A stretch of DNA of 64,000 bases from Caecitellus pseudoparvulus (Eukaryota > Protista > Bigyra: Bicosoecida), in contig CBFFRQ010000068.1 in the NCBI GenBank assembly GCA_965644315.1, positions 682,001 to 746,000 of the forward strand, read 5' to 3'. The number at the start of each line of letters is the position of its first letter. The first letter of the stretch is position 1. The notes under the pieces are model-generated. The model worked only from the letters and a program-made list of their open reading frames with translations, did no database searches and had not been told where the DNA came from. Made by a program: the position numbers and the translations under genes. Below, one piece after another: positions 1 through 12,005 of the stretch.

Positions 1-108
1 GCTAAGTCTCCCTTCCCCTCTTTCAGTATCGCCCCGTGCGGCCCTCGGCCATCTGGCTTAGGGTGTTGCTTGGACTGGGCTCACGCTGGGCAGCGCATCG
101 GAAGCACC

Positions 109-1196
109 ATGGCAGCCCGTCGTGCCAGCCGCATGCGCAAGGAGTACCTGTACAGGAAGTCCCTGGAAGGAAAGGAAAAAGCGGAGTATGAGCGCAAGGT
201 GAAGATCCGCGAAGCCATGGCAGGTGAGGGAGAAAGCTCGTCCACGCGCAAGTCATGTTCCGCACCCACCAGAGCTCCCGCATTCTTCCTGTGCAGCTGG
301 CAAGGCTTTGCCCACTGAGAGCCGTGCCGATGCCCAAGGTCTTCTCCACGAAATTGAGCTTGAGGACGAGGCAACAGCAGCCCCAAAGGTGAGGCTTGGA
401 CAGCGCTTCTCTGCGGCGCATCGCCTGAGGTGTTTCGCTTGCGTTTCACACTCGACGCTTGTCGTTTCTCCACCCCTTGCAGACACACCTGGACGACGAG
501 TACGCGACAGCTGGCGCGATAGACCCAAAAATCTGCATTACCACAAGCCGTGACCCGTCGTCCCGCCTGAAGCGCTTCTCCAAGGAGATGGGCATCGTCA
601 TTCCGAATGCCACCAGACTGAACCGCGGCACAACCACCACTGAGGAGCTGGTGGATGCTGCGAGAAGGGCAGACTTCACGGACATTGTGTTGATCGCTGA
701 GACACGCGGTGAGCCTGATTCTCTCACCATCTGCCACCTGCCGTACGGCCCCACGGCCAGGTTCACCTTGAACAACACGGTGCTGCGTTCAGACCTCGAG
801 GGCGTGGCAGGGGGGATGCCTGCAGAGTACCCACACCTTATCTTCCACGGCTTTACTACCCCTCTCGGGCACCGAGTGTCGTCCATCTTGAAGTACATTT
901 TCCCCGTGCCCAAGCCTGACTCCAAGCGAGTTATCACCATGGCCAACGACAACGACTTTATCTCATTCCGCCACCACACGTACAGCATTGCAAAGGGCGA
1001 GGAAGACGCCGCAGCTGGCGCAGGTGCTGCAGCGGCACCGAAGAAGGGAGACGTGCAGCTGACGGAGGTGGGCCCTCGCTTTGACTTGCGAGCCTTCAAC
1101 ATCACGCTGGGCACGCTGGAGCAGCGCACAGCAGACGTGGAGTGGGCCCTGCGCCCGTTCATGAACACTTCGCGCAAGAAGTCTGCCTTGGGCTGA
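109..1196 (+). CDS. IMP4: U3 snoRNP protein IMP4 (Brix domain); 3 exons, introns 224-296 and 389-482
   Basis: Spliced protein MAARRASRMRKEYLYRKSLE...GKALPTE...THLDDEYA...DPKICITTSRDPSSRLKRFSKEM...HLPYGPTA...SFRHHTY...LTEVGPRF...EWALRPFMNTSRKK. GT-AG introns restore the frame. Confidence 0.95.
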
Positions 1197-1498
1197 GGGA
1201 ATTAGCTGAGTGTGTTGTCTCCATGCTGCTCATTGAAATGCACCGCTGTGCCTTTGCAGCCAACCGGCCTGAGAAGTGCGCTGTGGGCGAGCTGAACGAC
1301 GGACCCTTCAACAGTGCACTGCAACAATTCACTTCCTCCATTCGTTGCGGACTGGGGTGACGCTTGCCTAGCTCGCACAGCACGCTGCAGGCATTGAGCC
1401 GTTGCCGCTTGGGGAGCTGGCCAGGCAGCGTTTCCACAGGCGTTTCAGGCCGCTGGCACATTGCAGCTTCCCTCCGTGCCCCAGCGCCCCAAGACACC

Positions 1499-4400
1499 AT
1501 GCCGCTGAAGCAGTTGTTCCAGATAGGGCCCCAGTTTCACGGCCATGGCCGGGCAAAGTTCGCCTGGCACCCTGCGGGGCTCCTGCTCGCGTCGGCAGGC
1601 AACAGCGGTTAGTGCAGGCGTGGCCATCGCCCGTCGGCGAAGGCGGCCTTCACTTGCTCCCTGGCTGCCTCACGCGCAGGCGTCTGCTCCATCTTCGACC
1701 GCAAAGGCAAGCAAGTGGCAGAGTTCGTGCTTGCGGAAAAGCGGCAAGTCGCTGACATTCAGTGGGACTGGGAGGGCGAGGTGAGCAGGCGGCGCAGGGT
1801 CTGGCCTGGTGGCTCCGCGACGCTGCAGGGGGCACCTCCCGGCGCTCCGCTCGCAGACGGTGGCCGTGATGCAGACTGGCTGTGACTCACTGACGCTGTG
1901 GAACTCCAGCTCCAAGGCCTCTCAGCAGCTGGAGACTGGGCTGAAGGGGCTGAGTTACATGTCCTGGAGCAAGACCGGCCCCCAACTCGTGGCGGGTGAC
2001 AGCAAGGGTGCCATCATGATGTACAACCGGGTCACGCGCAAGAAGACCAGCATCATGGGCAAGCACAGCGGGGCCATCACCTGCGGTGCCTGGAGCCGCA
2101 ACAACATCCTGGCCCTCGGCAGCACAGACCGCACAGTGAGCCTCACTGCCGCTGACGGCGAGATTCTCTCTGACGGCATCAGGCTGCGGGGCGTGCCAGT
2201 GGACATCGACTTCGCGCGGCAGAAAATCGACGGCAAGGCAGCCGACGGGCGCGGGGACACCACCGTCTCTGTGAACATGGGTGGCAAGCACTTGCTCCTG
2301 AACGACCTGGCCTTTCCTGACAAGCCAGTGGAGCTGGCATTCCAAGCAGGGTACGGCGCCATCGTGAAACACCAGTGGTTCGGAGAGGGCTACGTCGTGC
2401 TGGGCTTCGCAGATGGGCACGTGGTGGTGATTTCCACACACATGCAGGAGGTCAGCCGGGAGTTGTTCTCCGGGCACTTCCACTCGGACATCTTGCAAGA
2501 CATCGCCTACTCCGGCCCAGCAGCCAGGGTGGCGTCGGGGGGTGGCAACACCGTGAAGCTCGTGGACACGACCACCTGGAAGGAAGTGCGCGATGACATG
2601 ACGGTGCTGAACGCGGCCCATGGCGACATCGAGTCCCTGGCTTGGACCCCAGACGGGCAGATGCTCAGCGTGGCGACAGGGGGCGGGTACTTGTACACTT
2701 TCCTCGCCACGATGCCGTCTGTGTACGACCACTACGAGTCTCGCGTGGCCTTCATGTCTTCCCTGCAGGAGGTGTCCATCGTGGACACCTCCCGCCCAGC
2801 GGATGACCCCTCCGCCTCCGTGCGCATCACAGTGGGCGTGGAGCCGGCGTTCCTGGCCTTGGGCCCCAACCACGTCGCTGTGGGCATGAATGACACCGTC
2901 GAGTTTCATGCTCTGGACCTCTCAGGCTCCGCCAGTCGCACGTATGTGGGCGCCGTGGATGAGGTGAAGTTGGGTCCATACCATGCGGCTGTGCGGTCCA
3001 ATGGGCAGGTGCACCTGCATGCCATCGACAGCGCCCTGGTTGCCTCCAGGGGGCTCCCGGGTGCCGAAGGGGTGACTGTGCTCCCTCCCCCAGATGCCGC
3101 TGCGGCCGGGGCAGGGGCTTCTGGCGCCGTCACCTGCATCGCCATGACGCGCACATTCTTGTACTGGGGCACGTCCCAGGGCAGCATTGGGCTGTTCCAC
3201 ATGCCAGACTGGAGGCCTCTGGATGGCCACCCGTTCGTGCACCCTGAAGCGGGGCGTGGCGTGACTGCCATCTTCCCGAACGGCCCCGGCACCCGCGCGC
3301 TGGTTCTGGACACCGCCGGCTCCGCGGTGCTGTACAATCCCGTCAATGGACTGGTACTGAAGGTGCCGGATGTCCCCCCTGGCACCAAGAAGGCCATATG
3401 GGACAGCTCGGCGTGGGGCGTCTTTGCGCTGTCTGATGACAAGGCCCTGCGCCCATACTTGCACCTGCCCCTGACCATCACTGGGGCAGCTCTGAAGCCC
3501 CTAGGTCAAGCTGTGCTGGGGGAGGGCGGGCACCTGTCTGTGACGTCCAAGGATACCCCCCTTCCCGCCGGCACAGTGCCAACGAGCATGGCCGACGGTG
3601 TGTGCTTGTGTGCACCATCCAGCGGCTCTACGTCGACGGTGCAGCGAGTCACGCTGACATCACACCGAGCGCTGGGCACGGCTGGGCGAGTTGCAGATGG
3701 TCGCCTGCGGGAGATGCTGGCTGCCAGCCTTGCTTTGTATGACATGCAGGCCGCTTGGGCCCATGCGTACGCCCTGCAGGACACCAGCCTGTGGGTGGCA
3801 GTGGCCAACCGTGCCCTGGAGGTGCTGGACATCGACACAGCCATGCGCGTTTACCGAACGAAGGGTGACGTCGGCATGGTTGTGGCGCTGGAGGACATCG
3901 CCGCAGAGGAGGACCAAGCGCTGGTGGCGGGTCACGTGGCTGTCCTATTCGGCAACTTTGGCCTGGCCCAAGAGCTGTACCTGTCTTCGGGCCGCCCGAC
4001 GGCAGCCCTGTACATGCACCGCGACCTGCAGCAGTACGAGCAGGCAATGAAGTTGGCAGAGAGCCTGGCCCCTGACATCATTCCTGAGCTGTCTGTTGAG
4101 TACGGCAAGCAGCTAGAGTTCCAGGGCAAGTACGCAGATGCGCTGGGCATGTACCAACAAGCCAACTTGGGTCTGCCCACAGAAGGCTCGGGGGACGCAG
4201 CTGACATCGCGTCAGAGGCTGAGGCGCTTCTCGGCGCGGGAGGGGGCACGGCCGCCTTGGAAGCCAAGAAGCCAGCTGACACGGAAGTGCCTGATGAGCT
4301 GCCCCCCGCCAAGTCCAAGGTGGAGCGCCTGCGGCGGGCGGTGCACGACGGGACCACACGCACCCTGCTGCGCACGGGAGACCTGCGGCGGGGCATGAGC

Positions 4401-6158
4401 ATGGCAGACGAGGCCAAGTTTGCACACAAGGCGCTGTACAAGGAAGCAGGCATGATCCTGGAGGGCATCAAGCAGGTGCCGGAGGCGGCGAAGATGTACA
4501 CAAAGGCTGGTTTGGTGGACAAAGCCGTAGCCATGCTGCTGACTGCCAAGAGCTTCCGCGCTGCAGCCCCACTCATGCCCAAGGTGCGCGCAGCGCGGCT
4601 GCACGCGCAGTACGCCAAAGCCATGGAGGCATCTGGGGACTACAAGGCTGCCGCGGCTTCCTATGAGAAGGCTCGGGACCTGGACTCTGTCGTGCGGCTG
4701 CTGGTGGACCAGCTGGGCATGCAGGAACGTGCGGGCGCCATCGTGCGGCAGACGCGGTCTCCGCCTGCTGCCCTGCACCTCAGCCAGTACTGCCAGACTG
4801 TTGGAGACACGCGCGGTGCGATCGAGTTCTTGCTCATCGCGCAGAAGCCAGAGGAGGCCTTTGGCCTGGCCATGACCCACGACGAGATGGAGCTGTACGT
4901 CAGCGTCCTCACAGACTTCGGCCTGACCGTCACCACAGACGACTACGCCCGCATCGCTGGGTACTATGAGGGCAAGTCTGACTGGGCTGCAGCTGGGCGG
5001 TACTACGAAAAGGCTGAGGACTTGCGCAAGGCACTCATGTACTACCTCAAGTGTGGCACGGCGCAAGTGGACGCTGCCATCGCCCTGGTGGGAAGCGCCA
5101 AGCGCTCAGAGCACCCGCTTTCAGACGAGCTGACACACAGACTGCTGGATGACTTGACAGGCGAACGCAGCAGCGTGGTGCACGATCCCCGCTCCATCTT
5201 TAAGCTGTACCTGGCCCTGGGCAAGCACCGCCGTGCCGGTGAGACCGCGCTGGTCATCGCGCGGGCAGAGCAGACCAACGGCAAGTACAGCAAGGCCCAC
5301 GAAACCTTGTTTGAAAGCTACGGCATGCTGTCAGAGAACAGCGTGAAAGTGCCCGCAGAGATGGCTCGCTCGCTGGAGCTGCTGCATTCCTACACTCTGG
5401 TGAAGAAGCTGGTGGCGCTGGGAGACCACACCGGCGCGGCACACATGCTCAAGCGGGTGGTCGCCTCCATCTCACAGTTCGAGCGGCACACTGTGCAGGT
5501 CCTGACCAGTGCCGTCATCGAGTGCCAGCGTGCGGGCATGAAGCGCTCTTCGTTCCAATTCGCCTCTGCGCTCATGCGCCCTGAACACAGGGAGCACATC
5601 AAGCCTGAGTTCCGGCGCAAGATTGAGGCGCTGGTACGCCGGCCCAAGGACGAGGAGGCAGAGGTGGACTTGACTCCATGCCCGGTGTGTACCACTCGCA
5701 TCCCGGCCTATGCCCTGGACTGCCCCACCTGCCGCAGTCACCTTCCCTACTGCATCGTCTCCGGCAAGCATATGGTGCTGGAGGACTGGAGTTCCTGCCC
5801 GACGTGCTCTTGGCCCGCCCTGCACTCGGCCTTCGCAGCGTACCTGACCAAGCATGATGAGTGCCCCATGTGCTCCACGTCAGTGCCTGCGACAACAGTG
5901 ACGCTGGTGGAGGACCCTGCCGCCGAGTTGAAGCGGTGCATGGCCCTGGGGGAAGCGTCGGAGAGCGACTCTCCCGAAGCAGATGCCGACAGCGGCGCAG
6001 CAGCGGAGCAGGCGTCACCCCAGTCTCCATCACCAGGCGGGGAGGCCTATGACGCGGATGGAAAGACTGGGGAGGGCGAAGCTGAAGAGGGCGTTGCCAA
6101 GCGTCCCAAGCCTCAAGTGTCTGGCGCCGCCGCTGTGCTGGGTGCCATGGGGCTGTGA
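1499..6158 (+). CDS. WDR19: WD repeat protein 19 / intraflagellar transport protein 144; introns 1608-1679 and 1781-1856
   Basis: WD40 N-terminus (GKHSGAITCGAWS, PVELAFQAGYGAIVKHQWFGEGY), TPR-like helical region, QVLTSAVIECQRAGMKRSSFQFASALMRPEHR, and C-terminal Cys-rich CPVC/CPTC/LPYCIVSGKHM/CPTC/CPMC. Confidence 0.95.
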
Positions 6159-6168
6159 GAATGCATTC
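6159..6168. promoter_or_regulatory. Palindrome GAATGCATTC, candidate bidirectional 3'-end/poly(A) signal
   Basis: Occupies the 17-nt gap between two convergent stop codons. The same 10-mer occurs at 44716-44725. Confidence 0.5.
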
Positions 6169-6175
6169 ACGTTTG

Positions 6176-9100
6176 TCACATGAACAGGATGCCCTTCCCA
6201 AAGTCCTCCTCGCCACCTTGCTGCATGCCAAAGAGTTGCGCTGACGAGCCCCCGCCATCACTGTCCGTGTCCAAGTCTGCGAGCAGTCCACCAGGGCGTG
6301 CGTCGGCTCCTTTTGTTATGCTGTGGGTCTTGCTTTGTGCCGCCTGCCCTTCCAGCGCTGAAGGCGCAGTGCCAGCAGCAGATGCGCGCCGCGTTGAGGG
6401 TGAGCTGCGGCGCCCGCGACCCTCCTTGCCTTCGCCCGCGCCTGTGGGCCGAGAGGGGGTCACTGCTTCGTCAGGGCGGGGTGCGACGTGCGTTGTGTGC
6501 GGCAGCGCCCCGCCTTCCGCTCCCGCGTTCCCTCCTCTAGCCTTGCTGTCCCCGCGCTGGGCCGACATGGACGCAGAGCCCTTGCGTCCACGCTCGCCTG
6601 GACTCGCCCCCTCCCCTCTCCTCTCGTCTTCCTCCTCATCCTCCTCATCCACTTCCACCCTCCCCCCACTCACATGCACCTTGGCACCTGCGTGGCCTGC
6701 AAGTTCAGCCTCTGCGCGAGCGTCCTCGTCCACATCATACACGACGTGAGTCGTGCCTCCTGGAGACACCTCCCCCCGCAAGGTGATGCCTGCAGTGTCC
6801 TCACCCATCGTGCCGGAGGCAGCCTTTCTGCCCCGCCCAGGACGCCTGAGAGCGCCGCGCCGGGCTCCTCCATCGGCACTCCGTGTGCTTCCCCGTGCAG
6901 GTGCCTGGACACGAAAGGCGCCACGCTTGCGCTGGAGTGCGACAAGGTAGGCATCATTGACGTCGCGGTCAATGGAGCCAAGGAGGCCATGGGATGCAGA
7001 CGGCACACTGCCGGGAGTGGCTGCCGTAACTCGCGGGCGTGGGGTTTGCGCGTCCATGCCGGAGAAACTCACGTCAAAACTGCTGTCCAAGCCAGACAAA
7101 TTCAGCGGACCCACGCTCCCAGGTGTGCTGTGCCGGGTGGACTTCCGACGGCTGCTGCGACGACGGGCACTGGATCGAGGAGGGGGCCTGGCTGGGGTTT
7201 GCAGATGTGAAGGGGGCGAGGGCGTGCGCTTGTCCAGCGCCTGCTCAGACTGCACTGCCTCAACTGCAGCCACCCCACCTTCTCCGCCGTCCGCCCCACT
7301 CTGGGCTGTTGGCTCGATGCGGCCTGCGAGGGCAGGTTCACTAGCACCATGAGGTGCTTCGCTGGTCTGTGGGGTGCTCGCTTGCGCGCGGTGGGCAGGG
7401 GCTGTGGGCTGGTTAGAATGCACCCCCGCTTCATCTTGCGCCTCTGCTTCACGTGGAGAAGCATCCTCTTGGCTTGCAAATGCCCGGCCGCTGCGTGTGG
7501 CACCGGCCGTCACGCTGGCAGGCGAGTGGGGGCTGCTCCCCTCCACCTCACGCTCAGCTTGGGCCCGGGCAGCTGCTGCTACTTCACCTGACAACTGCAT
7601 GCTGTCCCACCCGCGCCGCGTGTGGCGCGCGCCCGCGCTCCCCTCGCCCGAGGTGGCCTTTTCCACAGCTGGCTGCGCGAAGATGTCCGGGTGGGCTGCC
7701 CCTTCCTGCGCCTTCACTGCCTCGCGGAGAGCTCGCACCTGTTTCCGCCGCTTCAGGGTGCCTTTGCCGCCCAGACCTCCCGCCATGACTTGGCTCACAG
7801 TGAGGGGCGCTTTCTTGGGCGATGGCGCCTCTGCAGACCGCCCTCGTTGTGCCCGTCGCCGGGTTGAAGGCAAGGCTTGACCGGACAGGGGCGTGGGCTC
7901 CTGCCTCACAGACAGCGTCGTGCCCTTCCCTTTGTCCAGCATATGTTCGTCTGGCTTGTCCGCACCCTCATCATCGCTGGACTTGGCTTGCTCAGTGCCA
8001 GCAGGTCCCTGTGCTGCGCCAACTGGCGAAGACTCAGCTGGGGTCGCAGCGGGGGAGGCCGCAGCGGGGCGGGACTCCCTCCCGCCCTCTGCAGGTGCCT
8101 CGCTGGCCGCAGCAGCGCCCCGAGCCTCCTCCCAGGCACGGCGGCACTGTTCCGCGGTCCAGTCGCCTGAACCAAGCGACCGCATCTGCCGGGCTATTCC
8201 ACGCCAGAAGTTGGGTGTGTCGTTTGGCATGCTGTCCACCAGGATGAGCAGCTGCGGAACCTCTCGCGGCCAGGCGATGTCATACGCAGTGTCGCTGTGC
8301 AGGTTGCCAGGGAGTTTCGCAGCGGCAGAGCGCCTTGTGCGCCGTGTCGTAGGTGTCCCACCACTGTGCCCTGCCGGGTCCTTTGTGCTTGGCTCCCATG
8401 AGGCTTCCTCCGCGCCAGCTGCGCCGCGGGGGCGCTTCGACCGTGATGGCCGCATGCCGCGAGCCGCCCCGCCAGACTTCGCTGCGCGCGTGATGCGGGG
8501 ACGCCCCTTGCTGCTGGCCCGTGGTGTGTCCGGGCGCCGAGGTCGCTTGCGCTGCTTCGGTGATGGGGGAGCCTTGGCACGACGGCGTGGGCTTCCATCC
8601 CCCTGGCGCGGGGGGGGTGGGGTGGGTGTGTCTGGGGACGCGGGCGGGTCGGGAGGCGCCAGACCGAACAGCCCCAGCAGACCGCTGGAAGGCGCAGGGG
8701 ACGCAGGCAGTGCGCGCTTGCCCCTGCGCTGCCTCGGCTGAGTCCTTGGCGCTGTGAGCGGGCGGGATGGCTGCGATGCACGGGCCCTGGGTGCAGAGGA
8801 AGCCCGGCGGGAAGCAGTGGACGTGGGCACCCCGCCCAGCGCCCAGGCTGCGAGGCCCGTCAACAGGGGGGCGCCAGGCGCTGGTGAGGCTCCTGTGCCT
8901 GCTTCCGGGGAGGACGGCGGGGAGGACTGGCTTGCTGCGGATGACGCCTCCCCGCCCTGCTCACCATCCGATTCAGAATCGGGCTCAGTGGCGTGGGGAG
9001 AGGCCTGGGGAGTGAGTGGCACCCGCTGCCGCACGGCAACTGGCGAAGCAGGGGACGCAGACCCACGGGATGAGAGAGCTGCCAGCCCCGACACAGCCGA

Positions 9101-10408
9101 CAATCGGCGAGTGGGGGGGGGAGTGGAGCTGGAGGAAAGGATGGTCGTGTCGGCACGGGCACCGTCGGGGGAGGTGTGGGGGGCCGCGCGGTGTGCAGTA
9201 CGGTGGCCGGTGCTGGAGGAAAGTATGGTCGTGTTGGCATCCCCGCCTGGTGGGGGAGTGTGCGGCGCCCCGCGCGAGGTGGCGGCACGCAGCGCCTCCA
9301 CGGCAGCAAGCGCGTTTGCAGCAGCAGTGGAGGCCGCAGCTGCCTGTGCTTTGGCCTCTGCCGCCTCTCTGCGCAGCTGGGCGTTCTGCAGCGCCATAGC
9401 TGCCAGTGGGGACACCACGTGTGGGGGCAGAGTGGCAGGGGAGGGCGCTGGGGCAGGCCAGGCATGGGAGAATGCCTGGTGGTCTGCCTGGGGCGTGGAG
9501 CTGGCGGCACTGTGTCGCCTCAGGCGGGCCACCAGGGCCTGCGTGCTGGCATCGCTGGACGGTCGGGGGCGGTGTATGCTTGTGTTCAGGTTGGGCGTGG
9601 AGGCGCCCCCAGACACAGTGCTGAAATGCGACCGGGACAAACTGGCAGCAGAGGGTGCAGCACTTGCAGGCAGTGTGGAGGGCAGGGATGACAGCAGGGC
9701 TGCCATGCGGTTGGGCGCCGAGGGTGTGGAGGTAGGCGTGTGACCGCCCGCGTACGGCGCCCGGCCTGAAGTCGGCATGGGGGAGGCAGCCACGACAGCC
9801 GCAACCCGTGCATCAAGCCGGTGTTGCAGTGGCGTCTGCAGTGTCTGTGTGGCTGGAGACAGGATGGTGTGCAGGCTGCCTGCCGCTGCGCTGCTGGCGA
9901 CAGAGGTCGCTGGGGTGCTTGTTGCCTGCGCCGCCTGCCGCATGCGCATGACGGTGGGGACAGGGGACGCAGCGTACATGGCATCAAAGCGCGCCTGCAG
10001 CTGAGACGTCACAGTGGAAGGCGTGTGTCCTGACGTCACAGAGCGTGGAGCAGGGGACGGAGCAGGGGACGGAGCGGGGGACGGAGCGGGGCGTGCATCC
10101 TGTGCACTGCCGTTGCCTGGCGTGGAGGCAGCGCGATGCAGGGCACTCTGCGCAGCCCGTGCCTGCCTTGCTGGCGGGACCACGACAAGTGGCGAGGCAC
10201 TGCTGATACTCGCAAGTGATGATATCCCACCTCGGTACACATACGGCGTCGTCGTGCCCCTGCAGCAGCACCAGCAGGGCGTGGTGTGTCACGTGCCGGC
10301 GCCTGGCTGAAAACGGCACTGCATCGCTCACCCTGTGCGCCTCCGCTTGGCGCTTGAGGAAGAAGGCGGAGACACGAAAGAGCCCAGTCCTGAGTACGGT
10401 GATGCCAT
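6176..10408 (-). CDS. Large low-complexity protein with a SANT/Myb domain and C-terminal motifs like Mis18BP1/KNL2; intron 10260-10331
   Basis: Exon 1 MASPYSGLGSFVSPPSSSSAKRRRTG splices in frame to the 1354-aa ORF. Motifs: WPREVPQLLILVDSMPNDTPNFWRGIA..TAEQCRRAW (Myb), GKGTLKRRKQVRAL...DIF and GLLGSIDRDVNDAYLVALQR. Confidence 0.65.
10047..10091. repeat. 12-nt tandem repeat (GGAGCRGGGGAC, about 3.7 copies) encoding APSP repeats on the minus strand
   Basis: ggagcaggggac ggagcaggggac ggagcgggggac ggagcgggg read directly from the sequence. Confidence 0.85.
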
Positions 10409-10887
10409 GTTTGGGCAGCCACTTGGCCCCTCTGACCAGCGAGCTTGCCCTGTGCAGCGCACACGGTGTGTCAAGTCCAGACACAGACACTGGTGTTGCC
10501 TGGCCCGCAGGTAACCTGGCCCTGCCCTGACAGCAGCAGCCACGGCCGCTTCTGTGCATGCCCAGGAAACTGTAGCTTTGTCAGTGCCTTTGCTATGTGC
10601 CATTCACCTTGACTTCACACGGGGTGGCTTGCCTGCCCCCCACCTGCCTGCCAAATCGTGCAGCCTGGCTCTGCGCTCCAGCGGCTGAGGCCTTGCGATT
10701 CCCCCCCCCCACGCCTGCGCACGCACAACTGTAAAGTCCCGAGCAGACACAATCTACCCGCCTCATCGTCATTCCCGCTACCCCGCCCCAGTGACTCTTC
10801 CTTCAGTATTGTATAGGTGCACAGGCCGGCCTCAAGTACGGTTTCGGTGTACGCCCGTGCTTTGCCAAGGGACGCTGCCACACGACC

Positions 10888-11827
10888 ATGAGCACTGCGA
10901 AGGAACACCAGTATGAAGTAACTGCCTGGCCAGGTGCAGAGAGCAGTTCAACAGGCGCAGCCGCTCAAGGGAGCTCCGCTGCAGGTGGCCTTCGGGGTGA
11001 TCGCCCAGCCTCCAACTTCCGCACTCCGCGTAAGCACAGTGGCGCCAGTTTGCAGCTGCAGGAGCGTGCCCATGGGCACGAACTGAATGGTTTCTCTACT
11101 GTTGCAGGATTTGCCTGCGGCACGTCTCTTCAGGCGGACGGATCGTCAACAGTGCATTTGGGAGACACGAAGGTCGTCGCAGTCGTGTGAGTTGGGAACG
11201 CACCTGGCGCACCATCCCAGCCCCCGCCACCCACCGCCGCACTTGCCTTTGCACAGACATGGGCCCCGAGAACCAACCCGGGGGGGTGGTGGCTTTTCCT
11301 CCAAGGGCGTCCTGTCGTGTGACGTGAAGTTCAGCCCTGCCTCGGGCGCAGCGTACCCTCTCGGTCACGGGCGAGGGCAGACGCCTGCCGAGGCCAATGC
11401 CAGTGATGCGGTGCTGCAGGCACTGCTGCCGGCTGTGCGGGTGTCCGCCTACCCCAAGTCTGCCATTGACATCACCGTCACGGTTCTGCAGGACGACGGC
11501 GGAGCTGTGGACGCCTGCATCGCAGCTGCCTCCTTGGCCCTGGCCCACGCTGGCATCCAGTGCCACGGCCTGGTGGCAGCTGCTACCGTCGGCGAGTTGC
11601 CTGCGCCCGCTAGCGGGCTGTGCGTGGACCTGACAGCTGGGGAGGAGGCGGCTGCTACCAACAAGTGCAGCGTGGCCATGATGCCCAGCACAGGGCACGT
11701 CACGAGCATCAGGCAAGTGGGAGAGCTGGCACCGGATGCCCTCACGCCTGCCCTGGCCACTGCCGCGCAGGCGGCTGGGCTGTTGCACTCCCTTATGCGC
11801 GAAGCGCTGTTGGCCTGCATGGAGTGA
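10888..11827 (+). CDS. Exosome core RNase PH-like subunit (Mtr3/EXOSC6- or Rrp41-like); introns 11030-11107 and 11187-11256
   Basis: ADGSSTVHLGDTKVVAVV|HGPRE, GVLSCDVKFSP, YPKSAIDITVTVLQDDGG, AASLALAHAGI and CVDLTAGEE are RNase PH signatures. Confidence 0.85.
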
Positions 11828-12005
11828 GGGGGGCAGGTTTGCCTCTCAGCCATGCAGCACTTCACGCGAGCAAAATTCACCACACAATGCCATGCCTTTC
11901 ACTGCATGGAATCAACTTGCAGCGCTCAGTTGCAAATTCTCCGCGTGCAGGTTCCCAGGGAAGCTGCGTCGTTTCACTCGCGTTTCGCAGCACGAGCCAA
12001 CCAGC

